This document shows, one piece after another, positions 32,682-43,487 of a DNA stretch of 64,000 nucleotides. Position 1 is the stretch's first letter. Each line of letters begins with the position of its first letter. This DNA comes from Candidatus Bathyarchaeota archaeon (lineage in GTDB: Archaea > Thermoproteota > Bathyarchaeia > Bathyarchaeales > Bathycorpusculaceae), in NCBI GenBank assembly GCA_963702095.1, contig OY969706.1, positions 2,848,001 to 2,912,000 of the forward strand, in the 5' to 3' direction. Below the pieces are notes generated by a model. It saw only the letters and a list, made by a program, of their open reading frames with translations, was not told where the DNA came from and ran no database searches. The position numbers were made by a program, and so were the translations under genes.

Positions 32682-32799
32682 GTTGTTGTTGACGAAAACC
32701 CTCTATACACAACAACAACCAGCAGGCTGCCCTACAAGTTGCTTTTTGTTTAGTGCCAAAGCCTCTGGCTGCAGGCTGGTTGTGGAGCAAACCTCAAGC
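32682..32799 (+). repeat. Dispersed intergenic element, family 2, copy D
   Basis: GTTGTTGTTG-N18-CAACAACAAC C, 49-nt spacer, TGCAGGCTGGTTGTGGAGCAAACCTCAAGC. Confidence 0.88.
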
Positions 32800-32836
32800 A
32801 GAACAGACCCTTTAAGCAATAAAAACAACGAATGTC

Positions 32837-34444
32837 TTAATGCCTGCGCATCCTGAAGTAAACCAGCAAACCCGCGCCTATGACTACCGCTAATGCAATA
32901 CCAACGGCTACAACTGTGGCTGTCGGAAAAGGCTCTTGTATGGTAAACGTCTGTGTTTCTGAGATACCCATGTTTCCATAGGTATCATTAGCATAGACTA
33001 CAATGCTGTGCGAGCCTGCTGAGAGCCCAGTTAACGTGGTGTTACCTGTTATGGTGACGTTTTGCTGCCCATCAAGACTGTAGCCTGTCCAGTTGAGTGG
33101 TTTGTTTCCGGTGAATGTTATCGAGATATTGCTTTCAGTGTTTGTCTTGACTGACAGTGGTGAAACATGAATTTCGGGCGGGGTATTTTGTAGCAGATAT
33201 GTGCCAGTAGTGAATGGTTGCATAAGTGGGTACCTGTCTACGTTCTTTAGGTCGAGTTGATGATACCATGTTTTTAGCACGTAGGGGGTGTTGACTATTC
33301 CTGTGTTGTCTATTTCAGTAGCGTTGGGATACCTATCGCAGTAATCGCTCCAGTAGTTACCCCCAAATGGATAGCCGTCATCCCAAACGTTAACTGGCTC
33401 GGCTGAATCAATGGTTGCGGTTTCAGCTTGGACGTCGTTGTTGATGAAATTGTTGTGGTAGATGGTGTTGTTCGAAACACCCCATATCATTACTCCCTTA
33501 GAATTCCCTTCAATTTGATTTCTCGTAATGACATTATTTTGGCCCGCAAAGAAATCTATACCTATATCGTTATTCGTCAGGTTATTTCCAGTTACTACGT
33601 TTGAATTTCCAGAAATACCGATCCCGGCGCTTGGTGAGCTAAGAGAGTAAAAGTTGTTGCCCGTTTGAGTTATCGTGTTATTAGCGATAACATTAAACTT
33701 TCCGCCAACTATTATACCAAACCAGCCGCCCACAATTGTAAGGTCTGTTACAGTTACATTTGATGCTTCACTTAATGAAAGTGTATAGACATTTCCTGGG
33801 CTGCTTCCACCATAAACTAGAGAATAGCCATTCCCTTTGAGCACTATGTTATCTTTATTCACTGTTATTCTTCCTGTTATGTTGTTTGTCAAAGAATAGA
33901 TGTTGCCGTTTTGTTGGATGGATACGTTTGAGGGGTTTATGCTTTCATCGGCGTTGATGGTGATTTCAAGCGGAGGCGTATAAGGGGTTTGGGGCATGGT
34001 GTTGGGATTGGGAATAACTGTATATGTTGTTTGGGTTTCAGAAGGAAGATAGGTTACTCCATTTTCAAATGTTTTGCCAAGAAATCTTGCCTTAAGCGTC
34101 CATGTGCCCACTGCCGAAGTTAAGTCAGTGTATAAGCCGCCAGTTCTATTGCCGCCGGGGCTGAAATTAACTGCAATATTTTTTTCGGTGCCGTCAGGCT
34201 GTATGGCGGTGAAGGCAAAGTTGGTGAAGTAATCATGCTCATTTGGTGGAGCAGGGTTTATTGCCAAGCCAACGTTCGCTATAGTGCCGACAGCAACAGA
34301 ATTTGTACCGAATGATAAAATAGTTAACGATATGGACGTTTTTACGTACGATTGAGCGCCAACAGATGCAGGAGCAATTATTATTAGAACTAAATTTAGA
34401 ACTAACAGAATGATTAGGACCGGGAGGGGAACATTTTTTTTCAT
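32837..34444 (-). CDS. Surface protein with NosD/CASH parallel beta-helix and C-terminal TM anchor
   Basis: Signal peptide, Asn-rich beta-helix repeats, NNTIYHNNF, GGNYWSDY, DRYPLM, C-terminal TM with basic tail. Confidence 0.85.
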   Translation of the reverse strand: MKKNVPLPVLIILLVLNLVLIIIAPASVGAQSYVKTSISLTILSFGTNSVAVGTIANVGLAINPAPPNEHDYFTNFAFTAIQPDGTEKNIAVNFSPGGNRTGGLYTDLTSAVGTWTLKARFLGKTFENGVTYLPSETQTTYTVIPNPNTMPQTPYTPPLEITINADESINPSNVSIQQNGNIYSLTNNITGRITVNKDNIVLKGNGYSLVYGGSSPGNVYTLSLSEASNVTVTDLTIVGGWFGIIVGGKFNVIANNTITQTGNNFYSLSSPSAGIGISGNSNVVTGNNLTNNDIGIDFFAGQNNVITRNQIEGNSKGVMIWGVSNNTIYHNNFINNDVQAETATIDSAEPVNVWDDGYPFGGNYWSDYCDRYPNATEIDNTGIVNTPYVLKTWYHQLDLKNVDRYPLMQPFTTGTYLLQNTPPEIHVSPLSVKTNTESNISITFTGNKPLNWTGYSLDGQQNVTITGNTTLTGLSAGSHSIVVYANDTYGNMGISETQTFTIQEPFPTATVVAVGIALAVVIGAGLLVYFRMRRH

Positions 34445-34652
34445 GCTATCAACCTCTTAACTAATGCGTATACTGAAAAGTTTGTTTAAGCTTGCGTATC
34501 TCCCTCATGTTTGTTACTTCATTCAGGTCTATGGTATTCAAGGGTTTTTCAAGGAGCATTTTTGAGAGACCTCATCGAAATTCTTCTTTTTTAGTGAAAC
34601 TGACGGTATAAAAATAAAAAAGGGAAAATTTTAGCCTAGTCAGCGATCGCAT

Positions 34653-37479
34653 TTACCATACCAAATTGTAGTATGCAGTTAGTATTTTGGGGGAAGTGAC
34701 GGGTATTGATTGACCGTTGTAGTAGTAATTTCCATTTTGGTCTATGAAACAGCTAAAGACAGCATACATGGTAGGCATGCCCGGAAGCTGAAATGAATTT
34801 GTGACGGTCACTATATGGCTGCCAGAAGTTACGGCGATACTAATAGGGGCTGTTCCAACCGGATTTGGATTGTCAACCCAAACATAAGGATTCAGTTGAA
34901 TCCAGCCACCGAGAGTAGCCTGTACGCTTAATGTGTTCCCGATAGTTACATATGTTGAGCTGTCACGGGTTAACCCAGTACTGCTATGTGCCCTAGCTGT
35001 AACCGTATAAACGTTTGGTGAGGTATACGTGTGAGTAGTTGCTGGCGTCCAACCCGAATCGTCGCCGTAATTAAACTCAAAACTTAAGCTATGGCCACAG
35101 GGGTCTATAGAAGGAGATGCTGAGAATTGGTATTCATGGTATGTAACGCCGGGATAAGGTACGTTGTGACTTATGGATGGTGTGCTAATGTAATCGGGGC
35201 TGCCTAGATCTTAGGCGTATGTTACCATTTCCATAAACAGCCATTCTGCTTGCTATTCTTGTCCCGTTGATGCTGTCCAGATATGGCCAATGTGCGACAA
35301 ATCCAACACAGAGGGCCGTATCTCTAAACAGTTGAGTGTTAAAGCAATCCTGTGAGGCAGAATTTAAGGCCGAATTCACCGTTTCGTGACAATCAAGGGC
35401 ATGGTAATAGAAAGCATGAACAAAGTCGTAGTAGGTTGCAGTTGTATTAGACCAAAAGTTGTCTATCGGTAATGCTAGAGCTGGAGAACCCCAAGGAAAG
35501 CCGATGTAACAATATCCGCTAGTCTCGTCTGGATTTTTATAGCCCTCGTTAGGTATACCTGTTGCGTTATGAGTCCAAGCATAAGGCATACCTATAGGTG
35601 CACCAGAATTCGGGTAAGGATTTGCACCATATTGTCCGTTGCCGATAAGGTGTGGCGGTGGCTCGTTCGGAGGAGGATCAAGATTTTGTAGATCGGTCTT
35701 ACCTGACATGCATGCACTTATGAATGAGAAGTAGTTGTTGCTTGTTGAAGTTGCGGCATATATTTGGTAGTCAAACACATCATTGATTGGATCATTCTCG
35801 CCTGCTGTAGCCCCGCAGAGCATAAAGTGAAACTCGGTCGGATAGTTTTGCCAGTTTGGTATCTGTAGGTTTTGACTCAGCGGTGGTTGACTTACATTAT
35901 TTGGTAATCCTATTCCGTGGTCAAACCAGATTGTAGCAGTACCTATATGGGTTTGTTCGTGGGATTGGGTGGATGATAAAACAGCACTTGGGGTAGTACC
36001 GCTTGAGGGTTGATGGTTATAGTGGTCATATCCATGATTATAGAACCTGCTATCAATGTATGCACTAAGGTCACGTTGAGCGTCAATTTCTCCTTGTGTA
36101 TGAGGGTTAGGATATGAAGGTGAGATCGCTGGGTGCGTGTCAGCCCATATATCAACACTTCCGTCCGTTGCACTAGCTGTCGCGGCTGTTGATGCTAAAG
36201 CTAATATTGCCGCTATGAATAGCAAAAGGCAAAACGCTAATCCGCTGCTTTTACGCATTTTGGGTATAGTTAAAGAATGACGAAGCCAAGGTTTCTCTTG
36301 AGTCAACAAGAACAGAATAGCGATAACTATAAACGTCATCGAAACGGCTGGTATCCATATGTCTGAAAAACCGTTCGCCGTACTGGATACTTGAATGTCC
36401 ATCTTAGAGCTTTCAGCGATTGTAGCGACCTTTGCGTTTGCTGGCAGAGGTAAAGTGGAATATACTTCCTGTCTGTCTCTGACTTGTCCAGTATCAGCCC
36501 AGACACCTACATGAATTCCGTAAACTTTTCCGGGGTAATACTTGTCTAAGCCAACTCCGATACTCCAAATTGGATATAGTGTTAAGGGATTGCTGTTTCG
36601 TGCATTAGAAGCATTGCCTGCTTTTTCGAAGAATAGGTTAGCAACGATCGGTTCTGTTACGTTAAAATTATTGATTAAAGATTGTTGGCTATCCGTGCCC
36701 ACTTTCCAAGAGAAGGTTTTCGCATTTTGTATAGCTATGGCTTCGGCTTGGTGTTTAGAAAGCTTTACAGTAGTGCTACCTATCGGGTATAGATTCCAAT
36801 TATCAATGAAACCTTTTAAGAAGCCATCCTTGTAACTCAAGGATACGCATTTACAATCAGCGTCAATTCCATCGGACGTGTATGACCAAGTAAACGTTGT
36901 GATGTTATCTATGGTTGAATTGCCTGTAAGTGCTTCAATTTTAAAGTGCATGTTGCCAATAGTAGTTGTTGAATTCTTGGTCGCGTCAATCCCCTTCAAT
37001 GTTGAGACAAGTTGACCATAGAATGGGTCTGCTGAATATTCTTGATAGTTAAGTAGGAAAAATATAGCCTTCTGGACTGACATCACTGATATTAAGGATT
37101 CGTCAAATGTTGAAGCAACTTTTGATGGTAACGCCTGTATCTTATCCCAGCGAGAGTCTTCAAGTACACTCATAATCTGCAATGATCCCTGGGTAAAAGT
37201 TGCTTGAATTTCTGCAGTGTCTCCAAGACAAAAAAGGCTATAACGAACATTTTCTGTTGGCAAAATTCCCAGATATGTATCGCTTGGGTTTACGGTTGTA
37301 ATGGCATTATATTGTGTTAGGTTAAAGCCAGCCACTTTATCAATCATGCTCAGCCCTTTTTCTACAGAATCTGTTGGTTTTGCTTGCGCGCTTGGCGTAA
37401 TGGTATAGATACTAGAAATCGCCAGAATTATTAAGCAAATTGTTAGGAGTAAAAGCTTTCGCCTAAAATTCCTTACCAT
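34653..37479 (-). CDS. Large membrane-tethered surface protein with caspase/gingipain-like and PKD domains; +1 frameshift at about 35196
   Basis: ORF 35185-37479 continues, after removing one C of a C4 run, into DYISTPSI..FNYGDDSGW..HTYTSPNVYTVTARAH (PKD-like) up to TAA at 34653. Confidence 0.7.
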
Positions 37480-37894
37480 TTTTTATTTTCTCCTTTTTTT
37501 ATATGTGCAGCTCTTATCTTCTTTACCGCCTTACCAGTAGGTTGTATTTACTTATCAAATATTACATATTTGATTATTTAAAAACGAAACTAAGATTTGC
37601 GCAAAAATGGGTGAAAAATGTCATTTTATAAAAATATGGTGATTAAATTAGTCGAATAGTTGCGATTCTATTACTACTTTTTAACATTTTTATGCATGAT
37701 TTTATGAAAAGAGTCCTGTAGAGCGTCTTGTATCAGCCAAGAGGCTTGATAAATCTAATCAGCGGAGATGGTTCCATTAGCTGTTCCTGAAGTTTTGAGC
37801 AAATACATGCGGCTACAGAGAGAAAATAGCCAAGAAACGCTAAAAGTTTTAATATGGGCTTGAGAATCTTCTGGGTCGTCTCGGAGAAATAAGT

Positions 37895-38572
37895 TTGTCA
37901 ACAAAATCCGCCAAGCACATACGCGACAAATGGCGCGCTAAATCATGGTACATGGTAGTTGCGCCTTCGTTTTTCGGCAACATAGAGTTAGGCAGCATTC
38001 CAGCTCAAGACGAAAAAATGTTAATCGGCAGAGTCGTAGAAGCAACCCTCTATGACATAACAGGTGACTTTTCACATCATTACCTCAAAATGTTCTTCCA
38101 AATCAACATCATAGAAGGCAAAACCGCCCGAACCCTCTTCAAAGGACACGAATACTCTCGTGACTACCTAAGAAGCCTCGTGCGCAGAAGAACCACAAAG
38201 GTAGATGGCTTATTCAACCTCACAACAAAAGACGGCTACAAACTCCGAATATCCGTTTCAGCCCTGACACTCTCACGCATAAAGACTTCACAGGAAAAAA
38301 TCATCCGCGACATGATGGAAAAAATCATCCGCGACAAAGCCGCAGCCCTCACACTCGACCAGTTCGTACAGGAAATGGTGTTGGGCAAAATCGCCTCAGA
38401 CATCTACAACCAAGCCAAACTCATAGCGCCACTACGCCACGTCGGCATACGCAAATCCAAACTCATCAAAGCCCCAGAAGGCGCCGCCAATGTAGCACCA
38501 ATACCACTCGCCCCAGTCGAAGAGGCAGTTGAGGAAGAAGTCGAAGAAGAAGAGCCAGCCCCAGTAGAATAA
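37895..38572 (+). CDS. rps3ae: 30S ribosomal protein S3ae (eS1)
   Basis: DKWRAKSWY..APSFF, SRDYLRSLVRR, PLRHVGIRKSKL. Confidence 0.95.
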   Translation: MSTKSAKHIRDKWRAKSWYMVVAPSFFGNIELGSIPAQDEKMLIGRVVEATLYDITGDFSHHYLKMFFQINIIEGKTARTLFKGHEYSRDYLRSLVRRRTTKVDGLFNLTTKDGYKLRISVSALTLSRIKTSQEKIIRDMMEKIIRDKAAALTLDQFVQEMVLGKIASDIYNQAKLIAPLRHVGIRKSKLIKAPEGAANVAPIPLAPVEEAVEEEVEEEEPAPVE

Positions 38573-38652
38573 ACAACCTTTTCCACTCTTCATTTTTGGT
38601 GCAAAAGGTTTATTCTTATTTCATCCAGTTTACATACGGGAGAGCGGTGACT

Positions 38653-39574
38653 TTGAAAGTTACGGCGTTAGCAGGCGGAGTAGGCGCAGCCAGATTCTTA
38701 ACAGGCCGTCACACGTTTAATCAAAGAAGACGACCTCACAGTAGTCGTTAACACAGGCGACGACATAGAACTCTTCGGTTTACACATCTCCCCAGACATC
38801 GACATAGTCACCTACACGTTGGCGGGCATCGTGGATGAAGAGAAAGGCTGGGGCATCAGAGGCGACACCTTCCACTGCCTCAGCATGCTAAAAACCCGAG
38901 GCGCCGACACATGGTTTAACCTTGGCGACCGCGACTTAGCCACCCACATCTACCGAACCGACCGCCTAAGACAAGGCTTCACGCTCTCAGAGGTTACAGC
39001 TGAAATCGCCAAAGCAGTGGGGCTAAAAGCCAAGATACTGCCGATGAGCAACAACAAATTCGTAACAAGAATAACCACAAAAGACGGCTCCATGCATTTT
39101 GAAGAATACTTTGTGAAGCGGCAGTATAGAGACGAAGTTTTAGGCATAGACCTCGTGGGTGCAGAAACCGCTAAGCCTTCCCCGGGTGTTTTGGAGGCGG
39201 TTTTTGATGCGGATTTGGTAATTGTTTGTCCAAGCAACCCCGTAGTCAGCGTCGGCACCATCCTCTCAGTCAGCGGCGTCAGAGACGTGCTTAGGCGGAC
39301 GGATGCACGGGTGGTGGCGGTCAGCCCGATTGTGGCGGGGTCTCCGCTTAAGGGTCCAGCGGATAAGATGATGCGGTGGCCGGGCGTTGAAGTTTCAGCT
39401 TTCGGCGTTGCTGGTCTCTACTCGGATTTCATCGATGCTATAGTGATCGATTCTAAAGATGCTGCTTGCAAGGATCGAATTGAAAAGCTGGGTTTGAGGG
39501 TCGCCGTAACTAATACGGTGATGGCTACTTTGGAGGATAAGGTTTCTTTGGCTAAGGCTGTCTTGGAAAGCTAA
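38653..39574 (+). CDS. cofD: 2-phospho-L-lactate transferase CofD; +1 frameshift at about 38707
   Basis: TTG start MKVTALAGGVGAARFLTG joins VVVNTGDD..ISPDID, LGDRD, PSNPVVS, GPADKMM. Confidence 0.85.
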
Positions 39575-39665
39575 CGGTTCAATATAGAATAAGGTGGCAT
39601 CTATAGATTATATGGGTACAATAAATAGGGCAGACAGGGGCTTCTTTATTTAACGTGCAACGGAC

Positions 39666-39740
39666 ATGCCAAACAAGAAAATAAAGAAACGGCGTGCAAA
39701 AGTTGAAGTTGAAACAGCATGGTACTTCAACCATGTTTAA
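39666..39740 (+). CDS. Candidate microprotein, 24 aa
   Basis: MPNKKIKKRRAKVEVETAWYFNHV with TTTATTTA just upstream. Confidence 0.3.
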   Translation: MPNKKIKKRRAKVEVETAWYFNHV

Positions 39741-39762
39741 ACAGGTAGAGTGAGGGGAAAGT

Positions 39763-39858
39763 ATGTTGAAACAGGAAACGGGTAGTAGTAAGCAAGCGAA
39801 AGCTAAGGACTCAGACCTTATCGATTGGGTTTTAGCTATAGATGCCTGCATCAAATAA
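39763..39858 (+). CDS. Candidate microprotein, 31 aa
   Basis: MLKQETGSSKQAKAKDSDLIDWVLAIDACIK preceded by SD-like GTGAGGGG. Confidence 0.35.
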   Translation: MLKQETGSSKQAKAKDSDLIDWVLAIDACIK

Positions 39859-39978
39859 ACAAGGTAGAATACCGCCAAAAAGGTCAAAGAACAGAGTATT
39901 CCTTCTCCGAGTGTACAATTATTAAAGATAAGGGTTATATCTTCAAGCTTAATATTGGATTATTAAACCGGAGCTGGT

Positions 39979-40650
39979 ATGATGGAGAAAAAAAGTTACG
40001 ACTGGTTTGAACAACGCCGAAAAACCAGAGGCTTAGAACTCGCTCATGAACAAATAACAAAAGCATTCGACACAGTGACTTTACTACAGAAAGCAACCAA
40101 ATCCTTCGCAGACAAAAACTATAAAGAAACCAAAAAATACATTGAAAACCTCTACAAAGCCGAAGAAGAAGTCGACCAACTTCGAACAGACACCTTCATG
40201 GAACTATCTAAAGGTGCAGCGCTTGTTTCAGATTACAGAGAAGACCTTCTGCACCTGGTTAAACGGTTAGACACCTTAGCAGACCATGCGAAGGATGCTG
40301 CCCGATGCCTCGAAATGCTAGGAGAAACCGAGATTCCGACAGAACTTTCCGATAAAACCGTATTCATGGCTTCTAAACTCGTTGAAACCGCCCAGACCCT
40401 GCGGAACAGCATTGAGAAAATCTCTTCAGCACCCAATGAAGCCATCCGTGAAGCCAAGAAAGTCGGCGAAATAGAACACTCCATCGATGTAGAATACCTC
40501 AAAGTCAAAAGCTTATTCGTCAAATACGGCGTGGGCATGAACTGTGGAGCCATGGTCATATTCGACGACCTAATAGAGTTCATCGAGCAAGCCGCAGACA
40601 TGTGTGCGGATACAGCAGACTACATTTTGGTTCTCTCAAACAGAGAATAA
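39979..40650 (+). CDS. DUF47 / PhoU-like phosphate transport regulator
   Basis: EEEVDQLR, REDLLHLVKRLDTLAD, IEHSID, IEQAADMCADTAD duplicated helical motifs. Confidence 0.85.
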   Translation: MMEKKSYDWFEQRRKTRGLELAHEQITKAFDTVTLLQKATKSFADKNYKETKKYIENLYKAEEEVDQLRTDTFMELSKGAALVSDYREDLLHLVKRLDTLADHAKDAARCLEMLGETEIPTELSDKTVFMASKLVETAQTLRNSIEKISSAPNEAIREAKKVGEIEHSIDVEYLKVKSLFVKYGVGMNCGAMVIFDDLIEFIEQAADMCADTADYILVLSNRE

Positions 40651-40751
40651 ACTTTCTTTTCTTCTCACTTTTTGGGCACCCTAAGGTTTGCTGTTCATAT
40701 TTTCGTAAATTTAATATTGAATGAAACATGGGATTGCTTGTAAGGATAGAG

Positions 40752-43117
40752 ATGAAAACTGCACCCGCACTTCTAGTGGTTCTGCTCTTCTCAGTAACGC
40801 TATCACTCACTCTACCAGCCGCTTCTGCCAGTACCAACACAAGCGTAGGTTGGCCTATGTTTCGCCATGACCTCTCAAATAGCGGTTACACAAACAGTAG
40901 CCTTCAAGCCAACTCCGCTGAACTCCTCTGGCGTTTCCCCACAAGCGCCTCAGTCCTATCTTCGCCTGCAATAAGCGACGGCTTAGTATTCTTCGGTTGC
41001 AAAGACTGCCACATCTACTGCGTCAATGCTACCACAGGCGAACTGTCGTGGCGTTTTCCAACAGGGCACGAAGTTAACTCTTCGCCTGCAGTCTACGAGG
41101 GCTGTGTCTATGTGGGCTGTGATGATGGCTGGGTTTACTGCATGAACATCTCTACTGGGATGCCGGTTTGGATTATGTGGGCTGGGGGGTATGTGCGGTC
41201 GTCTCCTGCAGTGGTGGACGGTCGGGTTTTCATCGGTTCAGGTAGCCATGATGTCCTCTGCTACAATGCCTCAGATGGAGCCCTTATCTGGCGGTACCCC
41301 ACCTCGTTGCGGGTGGATTCTTCGCCGGCAGTTGTAGACGGCGTGGTGTATGTTGCATGCGACGACTATCACCTCTACGCCCTCAACGCTTCCACGGGAG
41401 AAAAAATCTGGAGCCAATACACCGGCAGCAACCAAAACTCCCCCTGCATAAGTAACGGGTACATCTACATCGGAGCCTACAACGGCTGGGTTACCTGCGT
41501 AGATGCCTCCACTGGCACGCGGGTTTGGACAACCCAAACAGGCGACACCGTGGGCTCTTCCGCCGCTGCGGCTTATGGGCGAATCTACGTGGGCTCAGAA
41601 GATGGCAGCATCTACTGCCTAAATGCATCTGACGGCGCTAAGCTTTGGCAGACCAAAACCGGCTATTGGGTGTGGTCTTCGCCCGCAGTCGCCAACGGCT
41701 ACCTATTCGTGGGCTCCCAAGACTACCATCTCTATTGCCTCGACGCATACACTGGAGCAGAAAAATGGAATTACCGTGCCGACTGCATCATCGACTCCTC
41801 CCCCAGCATTGTGGGAGACACACTTTATTTTGGCTCCCACGACTATCACCTCTACGCATTCCGCCTAACCGCTACAGCCTCTCAGCAAACAGCAGTTAAT
41901 AATCCATTAGCTTGGTCCACAATCGTCTTTGACATACTCTTCTGTGCGGTTTGGGCAGCTGTCCTCTTATTTCTCATCCGTTACCTCTACGCCAACCGCA
42001 GAGTGCTTCAAACAATACGGCCTATAACTGGGCGTTGCTCGATTGAACAATGGTTCTCAGCCAACATTAACCTACTCGCTGGTTTAGTCATCATTGTTTT
42101 CATCGTTGTTTGCTATTTGAACCTCAATGGTGCGCCGCTCTGGGCTGCAGACGAAAAAACCTACAGCCAAATCGCCTATCATACCGTTAGAAGCGGAGAC
42201 TATTTTATCCCATGGGTTAACGGGGAACCCGCGGTTTGGGTTGGCAAGCCGCCGCTTCTACTGTGGCTGATATCGGTGTCCTATCAGGCGTTGGGCGTTA
42301 ACACTTTTTCCACTCGAGTTTGGCTTCCACTGTTTGGAGCAGGCGCATTGGCGGTAACATATTTTTTGGGCAAAAAACTCTACAACGCCAAAGTCGGGTT
42401 GCTTTCCATGGTGGTTTTGGGCACTTTCACCACTTTCTATGCGTTTGCAACCCATGCCATGACCGATGTCCCTTTGATTTTCTTTATGCTGGCAAGCATC
42501 TACTGCATGCTCCAAAGCCGAGAAAAAACAAATCACACTTTCAGATATGCTATTTTGGGAGGGGCCTTTTTGGGTTGGCGTTGATGACAAAGCAGCTTGA
42601 AGCCCTGCTGATTCCGATGATACTGCTACTCTACTTTGTCTTTGCTAAACAGGTACGGTTTGTATTCTCCAAGCAGGTGGGTGCTTCTTTGGGTACAGCT
42701 GCAGCCATATTTGTTCCATGGGTGGTCTACATGAACTATCTTTCCAAGGACTTCTGGAACTGCTACTTCGTATATAACAACCTCTCAAGACTAACCAACC
42801 CCATTGAAGGTCACACCCAAGGCTACCTCTTCTATTTCCAGTATCTGTTGACTAATGAGACTGTTTGGGCACTGCTTTTGCCCTTTGCACTTGGACTATG
42901 CATCTATATGGCTGCGGTTAAACGTTCCAAGCCTGATATGCTGGTGCTGGTTTGGGCGACAATTGTGCTGGTGGCATTTACGTTGGCGCAAACCAAAATC
43001 TACTGGTACATATTGCCCGCGTTACCTGCTTTCGCATTTGCCATAGCCAACTTGCTCTATTACACTGCAACAAGAATCCACCTGCACAGAACCAAAGAAA
43101 AGAATGCATCACCCTGA
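40752..43117 (+). CDS. PQQ-like beta-propeller fused to an ArnT/PMT-type (GT-C) glycosyltransferase; frameshift at about 42570
   Basis: Signal peptide, WPMFRHD, eight SSPAV..G..W repeats, then DEKTY, KPPL, TDVP; ORF 42320-43117 supplies GLALMTK..WYILPALP. Confidence 0.8.
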
Positions 43118-43157
43118 ATTTCTCGCTAATCCCTCTCGTAGGTTAAAAGCAGAAGGT

Positions 43158-43385
43158 TTGTTGCTCTGCCGCATCCTCTCTTCCCCTATAAAAGGGCAAA
43201 ATCGGCTTTGTCTCTTTATGTGGGTGTGGCGGTTTATAGGGTGCCACAAGAAGGCAGGTGGGGGCGGTTGCTTTTTGGGTTTGCATTGTTTTTTGGTGCC
43301 TGTTTCGGTGTGGGATATGCGTTTTCTTCCACACGCGGTACATGGCTCTATGTTGAAGCGGGTTGTATATGGATGTGAAGCAACA
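43158..43385 (-). repeat. Dispersed intergenic element, family 1, copy C
   Basis: GTGTGG-N15-CCACAC at 43308-43334, conserved block 43207-43231, tail TTGTTGCTC at 43158. Confidence 0.85.
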
Positions 43386-43487
43386 TACAGAACCAAAAAA
43401 ACAAACACACTTTCACTGATATTTGGATTGAATCGGTAAACCCTTTTGTTTTAATTAAAATATTTGAGCTGTCCAATTAGGTAACGT

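Noticed and set aside
37480-37890. AT-rich gap as a replication origin
   Set aside because: No ORB repeats; consistent with divergent promoters.
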